A program made the translations under genes and the position numbers. The notes beneath the pieces were generated by a model. That model saw only the letters and a program-made list of their open reading frames with translations, did not search any database and was not told the origin of the DNA. A DNA stretch of 64,000 bases, taken from assembly GCA_937949725.1 (NCBI GenBank), contig CALECT010000017.1, forward strand, positions 13,243 to 77,242, read 5' to 3'. The DNA comes from an uncultured Pseudanabaenaceae cyanobacterium. Its GTDB lineage: Bacteria; Cyanobacteriota; Cyanobacteriia; PCC-9006; JAAUQQ01. Every line of letters begins with the position of its first letter. Positions within the stretch are counted from its first letter, which is position 1. This document shows, one piece after another, positions 1 through 10,684 of this stretch.

Positions 1-1
1 C

Positions 2-1528
2 GCTTTCTTTAGTGCGGTGACGAAAGGGCCGATTACCGCCATTGTCATCGTCTTTGAGATGACCAATGACTTCAACCTGGTCCTACCGCTGATGGTGGCC
101 GCGATCACGGCCTACGGCGTTTCCAATACCTTTGTGCGGGGCTCGGTCTATAACCATTTGCTGGCGATGGAAGGCATTGCTCTAGATGAGACCGCAGCGG
201 GGCAAAACCTCTGGGAGACAATTACTGCTGCCCAGGTGATGCAGCCCAAGGTGGAAACCTTAGATGTGAATTTGCCCCTGAGCCAGGTCTCCCAAACCTT
301 CAAGCGTTCTCACCACCGAGGGTTTCCAGTGGTGGACCGTGAGGGTCGCTTAGCCGGAATTATTTCCCGCTCCGATCTCACCCTCCCCGCGAATTTGGAG
401 TTGCCCGGTGAGACGCCTCTGATGGAGCTGATGACAGCCCAGCCCGTGACCGTGCCGCCGGAGGCTCCCCTAGCGACGGTGCTGTATTTGCTCAATCGCC
501 ATAAGGTGAGCCGTTTGCCCGTCACCGAGGGGGCTCGCTTGGTGGGCATTATCACGCGGGCAGACATCATTCGGGCGGAGTCGGAGCATGTGGAAGGGAC
601 TGCGGCGGAACAGCAGCAGCGTTTGGACCCCTCCTATTGCGTTTACATGACGCGATCGCCCAGCGTTGGCCGAGGTCGCCTACTCCTGCCCCTCGCTAAT
701 CCCCAAACAGCTCCCACACTGATGCAAATGGCGGCAGCCATTGCCCGCCACCATCGCTACGAGTTGGAATGTGTGCAGATCATTGCCATCCCCCGTCATC
801 GAAATCCCGTGGAAACAGAAGTGTTTGCGGAAGGGCGACGTCACTTGCTCAAGCAGGCCCAGGCTCTAGGAAAGGAGTGGAATATTCCGGTGCATACCCA
901 GATTCGGGTGGGCCATGATGTGGCATCGGTGATTCTGGAAGTGATACGTGATCGCCGCATCGACCTTACTCTCCTGGGCTGGCGAGGCAAAGCCAGCGGC
1001 ACCGATCGCATCTTCAATGATGTGTTGGATACCCTAATTCGCCAGGCCCCCTGCGAATTGATGATGATCAAGCTGGGTGAACAGTTCAAACGTGTCGATG
1101 CGCCCTATCCTTCACTCCTAGCTCGCTTACACCTCAATCGCTGGCTCGTGCCCGCTTCCGGTGGGGAAAACAGCCGCCATGCTCTCAAGCGCTTGCCTGG
1201 TCTGGTCGGCCTCAGCGGCACCCCCCGCATTCAGCTCTGTCAGGTGTCCCATCCTAATAGTGGCTCCCTTTCTCCCCAGTGGCTGGAGGGGAGGGCGAGG
1301 ACATTGGAGGGGCAAGTAAGCTGTTGCGTTTCGACGACTTTGGTTTGTGCGCCGGGGGTGGTGGAGGCGATCGTTGACTTGGCGGATAAGGACCAGTGCG
1401 ATGTGATTGTTTTGGGGACGAGTCAGGAGAGTTTGCTACAGCAGGTGATTAAAGGGAATGTTCCGGAGGCGATCGCCCATCAAAGTCGCTGTACGGTCAT
1501 CTTGGTGAGAGGTCCGCTGGAGTCGTAG
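2..1528 (+). CDS. ClC-family chloride channel/antiporter with CBS pair and C-terminal USP domains (5'-truncated by window edge)
   Basis: Frame is open from the window start (AFFSAVTKGPITAIVIVFEMT..LPLM is the ClC C-terminal helices). CBS motifs GFPVVD and RLPVTE..GIITRADI follow, then two USP-like domains ending GNVPEAIAHQSRCTVILVR. Confidence 0.9.
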   Translation, partial: AFFSAVTKGPITAIVIVFEMTNDFNLVLPLMVAAITAYGVSNTFVRGSVYNHLLAMEGIALDETAAGQNLWETITAAQVMQPKVETLDVNLPLSQVSQTFKRSHHRGFPVVDREGRLAGIISRSDLTLPANLELPGETPLMELMTAQPVTVPPEAPLATVLYLLNRHKVSRLPVTEGARLVGIITRADIIRAESEHVEGTAAEQQQRLDPSYCVYMTRSPSVGRGRLLLPLANPQTAPTLMQMAAAIARHHRYELECVQIIAIPRHRNPVETEVFAEGRRHLLKQAQALGKEWNIPVHTQIRVGHDVASVILEVIRDRRIDLTLLGWRGKASGTDRIFNDVLDTLIRQAPCELMMIKLGEQFKRVDAPYPSLLARLHLNRWLVPASGGENSRHALKRLPGLVGLSGTPRIQLCQVSHPNSGSLSPQWLEGRARTLEGQVSCCVSTTLVCAPGVVEAIVDLADKDQCDVIVLGTSQESLLQQVIKGNVPEAIAHQSRCTVILVRGPLES

Positions 1529-1541
1529 ACCATCCGGTTGG

Positions 1542-2468
1542 CTAGACGCCCAATCCCGTTTCGTCCTTATTCCCCAAGGTTAGCCTGAGGAGCGACGGAA
1601 TTAGAATCAGCAAAAATAGCGCTAGCCCGATGGTGCATGCATAGCTCATCTCAAAATCCCCAAAGGCCGTCTTGTAGATGTGAAACACCATCGTCGAGGC
1701 GCTATTGCCCGGCCCGCCACCCGGCAGCATCACATAGACCTCTTCAAACACTTTGGCCGCTGAAATCGACGAAATAACAGACACCAAAACCAAATAGGGC
1801 CGCATCAGCGGCAGCGTAATATCCCAATGTTTGGCCAAGCCATCGGAGCCATCGATCGCCGCTGCCTCATACAAATCCGGTGGAATCGCCTGGAGCCCTG
1901 CTAAATAGACAATCATGTAGTAACCCAGTCCTTTCCAGACCGTCACGGCCATAACGCTAAAAATGGCGAGATTGGGACTGGTGAGCCAACCAATGGGGAA
2001 AAACTTGGCCGCCAAGGCACCATCGCCCAGGAGCAAGCGCCCCAGCTGATTGAATAGGCCATTCTCGGCATAGAGCCAGCGCCAGGTAATCCCCGCCACC
2101 ACAATGGAAATCACCACCGGGGCATAGTAGGCCACCCGAAACCAGTTAATGCCGCGCAGCTTGCGATTGACCAAGATAGCCAGACCTAAAGGGAAAACCA
2201 CCAGAATGGGAACCACGCAAATCAAGTAGATGACTGTGTTGCGCAGTACCTGCCAAAACAGCTCGTCTCGCCACAGCTTCTTGAAATTGGCGAAATTATT
2301 CCATACAGGCGGGCTAAGCAGATCGTAATCCGTCAGGCTGTAATAGAACGCCTGGGCCGCAGGCCAAAAGATCGTCAGCAGCAGGACCACCATGGCCGGC
2401 AGCAGGAATAGATACGGTGTGAGCCTCTGTATAAACCGTTGTTGGGCCTGGGAAGAGCGCCGAGTCAT
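1542..2468 (-). CDS. Carbohydrate ABC transporter permease (LacF/UgpA-like)
   Basis: About six TM segments and the EAA motif LYEAAAIDGS. Confidence 0.9.
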   Translation of the reverse strand: MTRRSSQAQQRFIQRLTPYLFLLPAMVVLLLTIFWPAAQAFYYSLTDYDLLSPPVWNNFANFKKLWRDELFWQVLRNTVIYLICVVPILVVFPLGLAILVNRKLRGINWFRVAYYAPVVISIVVAGITWRWLYAENGLFNQLGRLLLGDGALAAKFFPIGWLTSPNLAIFSVMAVTVWKGLGYYMIVYLAGLQAIPPDLYEAAAIDGSDGLAKHWDITLPLMRPYLVLVSVISSISAAKVFEEVYVMLPGGGPGNSASTMVFHIYKTAFGDFEMSYACTIGLALFLLILIPSLLRLTLGNKDETGLGV

Positions 2469-2556
2469 GGAGATAGATAGGAAGGAGACTGGAGAAACTG
2501 GGATGTATAAGGGGGGAAGCAGTTGTCTGTGGCGAACTGTCCGTGGTGAACAACAG

Positions 2557-3096
2557 CTACTCGGGGTACCAAAACATGCCTTTAATTCCCTCTGGATCTA
2601 CAACGAAACCCAGCGTTTCGTAGAAGGTCACAACCTGGGGATCTGCGAATAGGGTAATGTTGCTAATGTCTTCAGCACGAAGCTTCTTAATCATGTGCTG
2701 CATGAGGGATTTGCCTAGGCCTTTCCCCTGATACTTTGGGCTTACAACCACATCCCAAATCGTGGCGTTGAAGGCATGGTCCGAGGTAGCACGGGAAAAG
2801 CCAATCAAGCGTCGACGTTTGCCTAGGTCTTCCCAAAGCGTTACCACCAGGAAGCTGTGGGCGATCGCCTTTTTGACCTTTCTCAGGGGGCGACGGGACC
2901 AGCCGACGGTATCGCACAATTCCTCTAACTCATACAGATCAATCTGCCGATCTGTGCTGAAGTAGAGGCGGCAACCGTTCTCGCCCTCCTGCGGTAAAAC
3001 TTCAACGAGGCGACTGTCTAACGTCTCGATGCCATTGTTCGCCCCGGCGTTCGCCTCTGCATTGGAGCCTGTGAATAAATTTTTCCAGAAACCCAT
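2557..3096 (-). CDS. GNAT N-acetyltransferase (Ycf52/NSI-like)
   Basis: [22 protein letters not shown], acetyl-CoA motif QGKGLG, C-terminal GIKGMFWYP. Confidence 0.9.
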   Translation of the reverse strand: MGFWKNLFTGSNAEANAGANNGIETLDSRLVEVLPQEGENGCRLYFSTDRQIDLYELEELCDTVGWSRRPLRKVKKAIAHSFLVVTLWEDLGKRRRLIGFSRATSDHAFNATIWDVVVSPKYQGKGLGKSLMQHMIKKLRAEDISNITLFADPQVVTFYETLGFVVDPEGIKGMFWYPE

Positions 3097-3216
3097 GCGG
3101 CTAGAAAGAGCGCGATCGCGGTTAAACGGCAGTGCTTGTGATGACCAGCACCAGTTTTAGATTGTATCTCCCTCCTGCCTCGATCCCCTGCCAAACTAGG
3201 ACGACCTCTGCCTGAT

Positions 3217-3948
3217 ATGTCCCCCAGCCTTAAGCCAGCCACCCAGGAGAAACTGCGACGCTTCAGTCAACTGTTCCCCGAGTTCTATGAACAGTTCGTC
3301 TCTAGCGACACCCAGTACGACAACCTTAAGTTGGCCTATCAGCTCTATAAGCAGAAGCAAGCCATCATTACGGCGGAGTCTGCAGGGGAGCAAACTTCCT
3401 TGAGCTTGGCCGCGAAGAACCAAACAGGCCTGCTGCGTGATGTCTTCGGGGTTCTGGCGGCATATAACCTGTCGGTTCATAAGCTGGAAGTTCATGGGCA
3501 GGTAGAAGCGCCCATGCTGATTTTCATCCGCCTCAATGTTTCGCGGGGGGGCAAAGCCCTGGCTGGGAAAACGGCAGATAACGTCCGCCGTGCCCTACGG
3601 GAAGCCCTGGAAGGGCGGTTTGAAGTGGAAGAGATGCTCTCAGTGGAGTTATTCGAAAACAACCGCTTGGGGTCGGTGCAAACGGAGTTCTACATTGACC
3701 AGCGGTTTCATCTGCCAGCACTTTTGATTGAGTCCGATGAAGAAGATGGCATGTTCTTCAAGATGACTAATGCCATTTGCCCTGAAAATCTGTTGGTGGT
3801 GAATGCCAATTTGCTGCTGTGGCGAGGACGCACTCGCCTCATTCTTTATGTATTGACCGACCGTACAGGCGGTATCCCTGATTATCGTGGCCAGAAGATT
3901 GCTGAGCGAGTGAAAGCTCGTCTTTTGGGCAGTAACGCGACTGCGTAG
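3217..3948 (+). CDS. Conserved hypothetical protein with two GlnD-like ACT domains
   Basis: LAAKNQTGLLRDVFGVLAAYNLSV and IESDEEDGMFFKMTNAI..LLVVNANL resemble the ACT pattern DxxGLL..i..l....l.i. No catalytic domain seen. Confidence 0.65.
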   Translation: MSPSLKPATQEKLRRFSQLFPEFYEQFVSSDTQYDNLKLAYQLYKQKQAIITAESAGEQTSLSLAAKNQTGLLRDVFGVLAAYNLSVHKLEVHGQVEAPMLIFIRLNVSRGGKALAGKTADNVRRALREALEGRFEVEEMLSVELFENNRLGSVQTEFYIDQRFHLPALLIESDEEDGMFFKMTNAICPENLLVVNANLLLWRGRTRLILYVLTDRTGGIPDYRGQKIAERVKARLLGSNATA

Positions 3949-4114
3949 GGAGACGATGAACTTGGGATGCTCGGCATTAGGGCGAGGATCCCCCAATTGC
4001 CATGTATGCTGCCTGATGTGATCGCCGTCTATGCAAAAAAGGGGGCGACATGCCCTGCCAATAGGCGTATAGTGGTGGGTTCTCAATCCACCGGCAACGG
4101 GCTAGGATAGTCCT

Positions 4115-4981
4115 ATGCCAAGCCTTGAGATCCGGGGTACGTCCCATGTCTACGACTTAACGGCACCAGCGAACTCTGATGTAGTGCTGGTGTTCATTCA
4201 TGGTTGGCTGCTGAGCCGCAGCTATTGGCGTCCACTGATTGACAAGCTGTCTCCACAGTTTCAATGCTTGTCCTATGATTTGCGGGGATTTGGTGATTCA
4301 TCTCAGATTTGTCCAGACGATTGCAGCTCCTATAGCCCTGCTGCTTATGCGGAAGACCTGAACCAACTTTTAGACCAGCTCAAGATTAAGAAGGCTTGGT
4401 TGGTGGGTCATTCTCTTGGGGGGACGATCGCCTTGTGGGGAGCCCATTCCTTGTCGACTCGCATTGCTGGAGTCACCTGCATTAATGCTGGAGGCGGCGT
4501 CTATCTCGAGCAGGAGTTTGAGCGCTTTCGGAACCTGGGCAAAAAGCTGGTGCAGTGGCGTCATCCACTGCTGGGCAAGTTACCCCTACTGGACTGGATG
4601 TTTGCGAAGGCAGGGACTGTCCAGCCCATGAATCATCATTGGCGGCGACAGCGGTTGTTGGATTACGTCGGAGCCCACAGCGCGGCGGCTCGAGGGGCAT
4701 TACTAGAGAGCACGACGCGGGAACAGGTGCATCGTTTGCCCCAGGTGGTTGCTCAGTTAGAGCAGCCGGTTTATTTCTTATCGGGCGATCGCGATCCCAT
4801 CATGCATCCCCGCTATGTGCGCCACTTGGCCAGCTTCCATCCTTTTTTTCAAGCAACCTGCGGCGAGAACCTGACAGAAATCGCTGACTGCGGCCATATG
4901 GCCATGGTGGAGCAAACGGAGCGAGTGGCAAGCCGACTCCAGGAGATTTTGGCTGCCCATCCGGTGCCGGTAGAGGCATAA
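4115..4981 (+). CDS. Alpha/beta fold hydrolase
   Basis: FIHGW oxyanion motif, YDLRGFG, nucleophile GHSLGG, C-terminal GHMAMVE. Confidence 0.9.
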   Translation: MPSLEIRGTSHVYDLTAPANSDVVLVFIHGWLLSRSYWRPLIDKLSPQFQCLSYDLRGFGDSSQICPDDCSSYSPAAYAEDLNQLLDQLKIKKAWLVGHSLGGTIALWGAHSLSTRIAGVTCINAGGGVYLEQEFERFRNLGKKLVQWRHPLLGKLPLLDWMFAKAGTVQPMNHHWRRQRLLDYVGAHSAAARGALLESTTREQVHRLPQVVAQLEQPVYFLSGDRDPIMHPRYVRHLASFHPFFQATCGENLTEIADCGHMAMVEQTERVASRLQEILAAHPVPVEA

Positions 4982-5041
4982 GCATTTAGGCAGCGTAACG
5001 TCGGAGCCGCGTTCTCCTGCCCAGGCTGTAGATATGCACAA

Positions 5042-5068
5042 GTATGGGCGAGAAGATCTCGCCCATAC
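5042..5068. terminator. 12-bp stem hairpin between convergent hydrolase and ychF
   Basis: GTATGGGCGAGA-AGA-TCTCGCCCATAC, a perfect inverted repeat. Confidence 0.6.
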
Positions 5069-5109
5069 CAGGGTTATTAAACTTGAGATATGGCGCTGGA
5101 CTGAGGCCG

Positions 5110-6201
5110 TTACGCGCTGGTGAGGAAGTGCATGACATCCCCTTCAGCAACGACGTATTCTTTGCCTTCACTGCGGACCAAACCTTTGCTTTTGGCTACG
5201 CCCATGGAACCGTTATCCACTAGGTCTTGGTAGGAAACCGTCTCGGCCCGAATAAAGCAATGCTCGAAGTCAGTGTGAATCACGCCAGCAGCTTGGGGGG
5301 CGACCATGCCTTTGTGGATGGTCCAGGCGCGGGTCTCTTTGGGGCCGGTGGTGAAGTAGGTCTGGAGGCCTAGCAAAGAGTAGGTGGCGCGGATTAGAGA
5401 GCGTAGACCACCTTCCTCAACACCAAGGGATTCGAGGAATTCACCGCGCTCTTCTTCGGGGATCTCAACGAGTTCGGCTTCTACTTGGGCAGAAATGATC
5501 ACGACTTGGGCGCCTTCCGTTTCGGCGATCGCCTTGACCTGTTCAACCCACTCATTACCGCTAGACAAATCATCCTCAGACACGTTAGCGCCATAGATTA
5601 CCGGCTTGCGCGTGAGGAAGCCTAAAGCCTTAATGGCAAGCTCTTCGTCTTCGCTTAATTCCACGGATCGAGCGGGTTTACCTTCATTCAGAACGGGAAC
5701 CAGTTTCTCCAGAGCATCCACTTCGGTCTGGACTTCTTTGTTCTTGCGAACTTCTTTGCGAGCCCGGTCTAGGCGACGCTCCGCTTGATCCAGGTCAGCT
5801 AGGGCGAGTTCCAAGTTGATGACTTCCATGTCACGGCCCGGATCGACGGAGCCAGCCACATGGATGATGTCGTCATCGTCGAAGCAGCGCACGACATGCA
5901 CGATGGAATCCACTTCGCGGATATTGGCCAAAAACTGGTTGCCTAGGCCCTCGCCCTTGCTGGCTCCTTTCACGAGGCCTGCAATATCCACAAATTCCAC
6001 ACGGGCAGGCAGAATCTTCTCGGAGCTGGAAATATCTGACAAAACTTGGAGGCGGTCATCCGGAACTGAGACGATGCCAACGTTTGGCTCGATCGTGCAG
6101 AAGGGGAAATTGGCCGCTTGGGCCTTGGCATTGGCCACGAGGGCATTAAATAGCGTTGACTTACCAACGTTGGGTAGTCCAACAATTCCCGCTCTTAACA
6201 T
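5110..6201 (-). CDS. ychF: Redox-regulated ribosome-binding ATPase YchF (Obg family)
   Basis: [55 protein letters not shown]. Confidence 0.97.
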   Translation of the reverse strand: MLRAGIVGLPNVGKSTLFNALVANAKAQAANFPFCTIEPNVGIVSVPDDRLQVLSDISSSEKILPARVEFVDIAGLVKGASKGEGLGNQFLANIREVDSIVHVVRCFDDDDIIHVAGSVDPGRDMEVINLELALADLDQAERRLDRARKEVRKNKEVQTEVDALEKLVPVLNEGKPARSVELSEDEELAIKALGFLTRKPVIYGANVSEDDLSSGNEWVEQVKAIAETEGAQVVIISAQVEAELVEIPEEERGEFLESLGVEEGGLRSLIRATYSLLGLQTYFTTGPKETRAWTIHKGMVAPQAAGVIHTDFEHCFIRAETVSYQDLVDNGSMGVAKSKGLVRSEGKEYVVAEGDVMHFLTSA

Positions 6202-6279
6202 GGGGATGCCTCAGCATTCTCCGGTGAATTTTAACAATGTGTACTTTAGCAGGTTCTGGGAGGAGCCGGAGTCCTTGGA

Positions 6280-7893
6280 ATGTCCGAATCACCGAACCTG
6301 CCGCTGTCCCAGTCCCCATTCCGGTCACCCTCAATGGGGGTGCGTTACGATGCCACTGCGGATTGTGATCGCGCTTACGAGGGTTTACACCGCGCCTTAG
6401 CTGACTCAGCACCCGAAACACAGACCAGGAACTATCTAGATATCGGCATGGGAAGTGAACGCAAAGTATCGCCTTGGCTTGTGGGAGCCATTTGTTTGGT
6501 GGTGGGCTTAGGGGCCGGTGGCTTGGGTACGTTTGCAGCCCGGCGAGGGGGCGGACTTCCGGCTGAGGAGCTGGAACGGTTGACCGTGGAAGCAGCGCGA
6601 TCGCCTCTAACCCTCAAAATCCGAGTCAATGGCAGTGTGGTTCCGGTCCGCAGTGTCAACCTCAGCCCCAAGACTGCAGGTCGTCTGGAGCGGTTACTGG
6701 TCAACCAGGGTGATGTGGTTGCAGCGGGCGATTTGCTCGCGGTGATGGAAAGCCAAGATTTAGAGTCCCAATTTGTCCAGGCCAAGGCTCGTCAGATTCA
6801 AGCAGAAGCTAACCTAAAGCAACTCCAAGCAGGGGGCACCGATGTTGTGGTGGCCCAGGGAGAGGAAGAAGTACGCCAGGCCCGCACTCAGATGGTGGTG
6901 GAAGCGGCCCAGGTCCGAGAAGCCGAAGCACAAATTGCTGAAGCTCAGGCTCAGGTGCAGGAATCCCAAGCCCAACTGGATTTAGCAGAGCAGCAGCTCA
7001 AGCGTAATTTGGCCCTTGAGAGTGAGGGGGCAATTTCCCGCGATCGCCTCGATGAACTGACCACCGCAGCCAATCGAGCCCGCGCCAACCTAGAACGCAG
7101 CCGGGCATCTCAAGTGCGTGCAGAAGCTGGACTTATACGGACTCAGGCCGCCCAAGCCCAGGCACAATCGCGTTTAGAGGCAGCCCAGCTCCGTTTGCAA
7201 GACACGTCTAGTAGTCAGCGCCCAGAGCTGATTGAACAGGCTGAAGCCCAAGTTTTTGAGGCTCTGGGCCAGGTTCAGGCTGTGGAAGTGCAAAAAAACG
7301 ACACCTTATTGCGGGCTCCCTTCGATGGCATTATCACCCAGCGCTTTGCAGATCCCGGTGCCTTTGTAACACCCACGACCTCCGCTTCTAGTACTGCCTC
7401 TGCGACCTCTACCTCTGTGGTAGCCCTAGCCCAAGGTCTAGAAGTGCTCGCCAATGTGCCAGAAGTGGACATCAATGCCGTCCGTCCTGGTCAGATCGTG
7501 GAGGTCAGCGCTGATGCGTTTCCTGAGCAGACTTTCATCGGTCAGGTTCGCCTGGTTTCGCCAGAGGCGGTAGAGGAGCAGAATGTGACTTCGTTTCAAG
7601 TGCGTGTGGCCTTGACGACGGGGCAAGACCAGCTGCGCTCCGGGATGAATGTGGATCTCACCTTTCTAGGGGAGAGCATTGGGAATGCTTTGGTGGTGCC
7701 GACGGTGGCGATAGTCACCCGAGAAGGGGAGCGCGGTGTCCTAGTGCCCGATCTCAAGAATGAGCCAGAGTTTCAGCCCGTAGAAACTGGGGTCAGCATT
7801 GGCAATGAGACCCAGATTCTGTCAGGAATTGACGCGGGGGAGCGAGTGTTTATTGATCTGCCCAGCGATCGCCGCTTCCAGGAAGAGGAGTAG
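6280..7893 (+). CDS. Efflux periplasmic adaptor subunit (HlyD/MFP family); start may be downstream (e.g. ATG 6448)
   Basis: N-terminal TM segment, lipoyl-like halves ([15 protein letters not shown] ... LRAPFDGII), long coiled coil, beta-barrel (LRSGMNVD). Confidence 0.9.
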   Translation: MSESPNLPLSQSPFRSPSMGVRYDATADCDRAYEGLHRALADSAPETQTRNYLDIGMGSERKVSPWLVGAICLVVGLGAGGLGTFAARRGGGLPAEELERLTVEAARSPLTLKIRVNGSVVPVRSVNLSPKTAGRLERLLVNQGDVVAAGDLLAVMESQDLESQFVQAKARQIQAEANLKQLQAGGTDVVVAQGEEEVRQARTQMVVEAAQVREAEAQIAEAQAQVQESQAQLDLAEQQLKRNLALESEGAISRDRLDELTTAANRARANLERSRASQVRAEAGLIRTQAAQAQAQSRLEAAQLRLQDTSSSQRPELIEQAEAQVFEALGQVQAVEVQKNDTLLRAPFDGIITQRFADPGAFVTPTTSASSTASATSTSVVALAQGLEVLANVPEVDINAVRPGQIVEVSADAFPEQTFIGQVRLVSPEAVEEQNVTSFQVRVALTTGQDQLRSGMNVDLTFLGESIGNALVVPTVAIVTREGERGVLVPDLKNEPEFQPVETGVSIGNETQILSGIDAGERVFIDLPSDRRFQEEE

Positions 7894-7943
7894 GACCCCA
7901 TCCAGTTCGGTACAACCCGGTTTTCATCAGTTGAGCAAACAGC

Positions 7944-7982
7944 AGGAAGAGGCGGTGGACTAAAGGTCCACCGCCTCTTCCT
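7944..7982. terminator. 17-bp stem hairpin, probable bidirectional terminator
   Basis: AGGAAGAGGCGGTGGAC-TAAAG-GTCCACCGCCTCTTCCT between the convergent adaptor gene and rpmB. Confidence 0.75.
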
Positions 7983-8033
7983 ATAAAATCGAATCTGTCT
8001 AAGCAAAGCTACGTCCTGCTCGACGCGGCAACC

Positions 8034-8270
8034 TTAGAACTTGTTCAGGTCGATGCCTGCTTCCTTCGCCATTTGACCAATACCCTTCTTCTCAAGGGTC
8101 TTGATCGCCTTTGTAGAAATGCGCATTCTGACGAAGCGATTACCTTCAGGCCACCAGATGCGCTTGCTTTGCAAGTTGACATGCTGGAGCCGCTTGGTGC
8201 GGATGTGAGAGTGAGATACGGCAAAGGCGTTATTAGCCTTCTTACCGGTGAGTTGGCATTTCCGCGACAT
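8034..8270 (-). CDS. rpmB: 50S ribosomal protein L28
   Basis: [34 protein letters not shown]. Confidence 0.97.
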   Translation of the reverse strand: MSRKCQLTGKKANNAFAVSHSHIRTKRLQHVNLQSKRIWWPEGNRFVRMRISTKAIKTLEKKGIGQMAKEAGIDLNKF

Positions 8271-8454
8271 TTGGAATTCTCCGGAGCCCTAGATAGCTTT
8301 TTGCAGTCTTCAATCATACAGGATGTCGGCCAGATCTGCTCCCTAGGCACTAGAACAATGGCACAGGTACCGAACGAAGCTGCCTCCCGGCACCTTTTGC
8401 GACGTCATTGCCCGCGATTTCATTTCGCGATGCCTGGGTATCTTGGCAAATGAG

Positions 8455-8578
8455 AAATGTCCATGCATCTGAGCAGAGACATGGACATTTAGTGGCGTAT
8501 TTTTAGGACGGATATGGCAATGCCATATCCGTCCTAAAAATACTGTGGGGTAGGGGTGTTGTATTTACATATCCCCAC
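8455..8578. repeat. Cluster of three inverted repeats downstream of sir, including a perfect 47-bp palindrome (8497-8543)
   Basis: AAATGTCCATG...CATGGACATTT (8455-8490); GTATTTTTAGGACGGATATGGCA-A-TGCCATATCCGTCCTAAAAATAC; GTGGGG...CCCCAC. Confidence 0.8.
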
Positions 8579-8588
8579 CTGCTTTGTT

Positions 8589-10529
8589 TTAACCTTCGCT
8601 GCCTTCCTGCAAATAAGCCTCCAGCGCTGCCGCTGCCAAATCCCGCAGGGACTTGCCTTCCGCATCAGCTTTTTCCTTCAGGCGATCGTGGAGCGTAGGC
8701 GATAGCTCTACACGCCAGCGCTTCCGGGAAGCACCCTTCTTCGCGGTCTTAAAGGCATCGGGATTGGCCTTGTACTCCTCGGAGAAAGACCGCAGGGCAT
8801 CGAAGCCCACGCGATCACAAAAGTCTCCAAAGCTTTCACTGCGCTTGCGATCGCGCTTGAACTGTACAAACATCGGCTCCAGCTCAGCCTCAATCTCCGT
8901 CTCCTGCAACTTCTGCATATAGGGACGGGCCAGGCGAGTCTGGTTGGGGCAACCACCCAGCCACAGTTGGTAAGCATCATTGGCACTGCCAACGAAGCCG
9001 ACTTCCGCCATATAGGGACGAGCGCAACCGTTGGGGCAACCCGTCATGCGAACAACGAAATGCTCATCCTTGGACAGGCCAACTTTGGTCATCGTTCCGC
9101 GAATGCGTTCCAGGATTCCAGGAATTGCCCGCTCCGACTCAATCATGGCCAGGCCACAAGTAGGCAGAGCCGGGCAGGCCATGGCGTAGCGCTCTAGCGG
9201 ATCAACATCCGTTTCCTTGGCGACGCCGTGGCTGTCAAGAATGCCCTGGATGGTGTCCTTATCCTTGGGGTCAATCTCGTAAATGATGGCGTTGTGGTTG
9301 GCGGTTAGGCGCGTGGGCAGGTGGAACTGCTCGATGATCTTGCGCATCGCCGCTTTGAGCTTGAAGTCGCCCTCATCCTTGACGCGACCATTGGCAATGT
9401 TGATGCCTAGGAACAGCTTGCCGTCACCCTGTTCGTTCCAGCCCAGGTAGTCCTCGTACTTGAAGGCCACGGTGGACTTGCTGGGTTGAATCTTCTTGCC
9501 GAAGTACTCTTCCAGCTTGGCGGTGAATTTCTCCACACCCCAGTCATGGAGCAGGTACTTCATGCGGGCGTGGCGACGGTTGACGCGATCGCCATAGTCC
9601 CGCTGGGTGCAAAGAATCGCCTTAACCAGGTCGTAAATATCCTCAGTGGCGACAAAGCCAATGGGATCCGCAGCCCGAGCAAAGGTCTCTTCCTTATTGT
9701 GAGTGCGACCCAGGCCGCCCCCGGCATAGACATTGAAACCCAGATGCTTGCCATCCTTATCACAAATCACCACCAGGCCAATGTCCTGGGTGAGGATGTC
9801 GATGGAGTTATCGCCAGGCACCGTCACCGCAATCTTGAACTTGCGGGGCATGTAGTAGGTGCCGTAGAGGGGCTCCTCGCTGTCATGCTTGATGGTGCCG
9901 TTGCCATTGCGCTGGCGAGCGGCTTTAACCTCGGGATCCTCTTCTGCACTGATGGCTTTCTCACCATCAAGCCAAATTTCGTAGTAAGCGCCGGTTTGGG
10001 GCGTCAGCAGGTCGGCAATGTTATCGGCGTATTTCCAGGCTAGCTGGTAGTCCAGTCGATTCTTATAAGGCGCGGGCGGTGCCATGACGTTGCGGTTGAG
10101 ATCACCGCAGGCTCCCAGGGTGGAGCCCATATTCTTGATGATCGTAGAGATCACCGTTTTGATGTCTTTCTTGGGGATGCCGTGGAGCTGGAAACCCTGG
10201 CGAGTGGTGATGCGCAGGTTGCCACAGCCGATATCGTCGGACATGGTATCCATGGCCAAGTACAGCTCTGGCGGAATAAAGCCACCCGGATTACGGGTGC
10301 GCAGCATCATGCTGTAGTCCTTCTCCTGGCCTGGCACGCGCTTGAGGTCGCGATCGCTCTGCTGGTAGAAGCCGTGGAATTTGATGATTTGAGTCGCGTC
10401 TTTGCTGAAGTGGGTGGTGTCTTGCTTCAGCTCGGTGGCGACGGGCTCGCGCAGAAAATTACTGCGCTCCTTGATGCCCTCAAGTTTGGATTTTTTTTGC
10501 TCGGTGGATGCAGTAGCTGCTGGGGACAT
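8589..10529 (-). CDS. sir: Ferredoxin-dependent sulfite reductase with C-terminal RHH-like extension
   Basis: [27 protein letters not shown], siroheme/4Fe-4S ligands CPALPTC and GCPNGC. Confidence 0.96.
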   Translation of the reverse strand: MSPAATASTEQKKSKLEGIKERSNFLREPVATELKQDTTHFSKDATQIIKFHGFYQQSDRDLKRVPGQEKDYSMMLRTRNPGGFIPPELYLAMDTMSDDIGCGNLRITTRQGFQLHGIPKKDIKTVISTIIKNMGSTLGACGDLNRNVMAPPAPYKNRLDYQLAWKYADNIADLLTPQTGAYYEIWLDGEKAISAEEDPEVKAARQRNGNGTIKHDSEEPLYGTYYMPRKFKIAVTVPGDNSIDILTQDIGLVVICDKDGKHLGFNVYAGGGLGRTHNKEETFARAADPIGFVATEDIYDLVKAILCTQRDYGDRVNRRHARMKYLLHDWGVEKFTAKLEEYFGKKIQPSKSTVAFKYEDYLGWNEQGDGKLFLGINIANGRVKDEGDFKLKAAMRKIIEQFHLPTRLTANHNAIIYEIDPKDKDTIQGILDSHGVAKETDVDPLERYAMACPALPTCGLAMIESERAIPGILERIRGTMTKVGLSKDEHFVVRMTGCPNGCARPYMAEVGFVGSANDAYQLWLGGCPNQTRLARPYMQKLQETEIEAELEPMFVQFKRDRKRSESFGDFCDRVGFDALRSFSEEYKANPDAFKTAKKGASRKRWRVELSPTLHDRLKEKADAEGKSLRDLAAAALEAYLQEGSEG

Positions 10530-10684
10530 GATGGCTCTGAGATGGAGGAGGAATGGCCAGTCGAGGCCATAGCTAGACAGGTCGAACCGCTGAAAGACCA
10601 GTTCTCAAGGCTTTGGGGCAAGGCTGGGGAGCATTGCGCTTTCAGGAGCCTCAGGTCAATCAGTGCTAATGACGACAGATTTAG

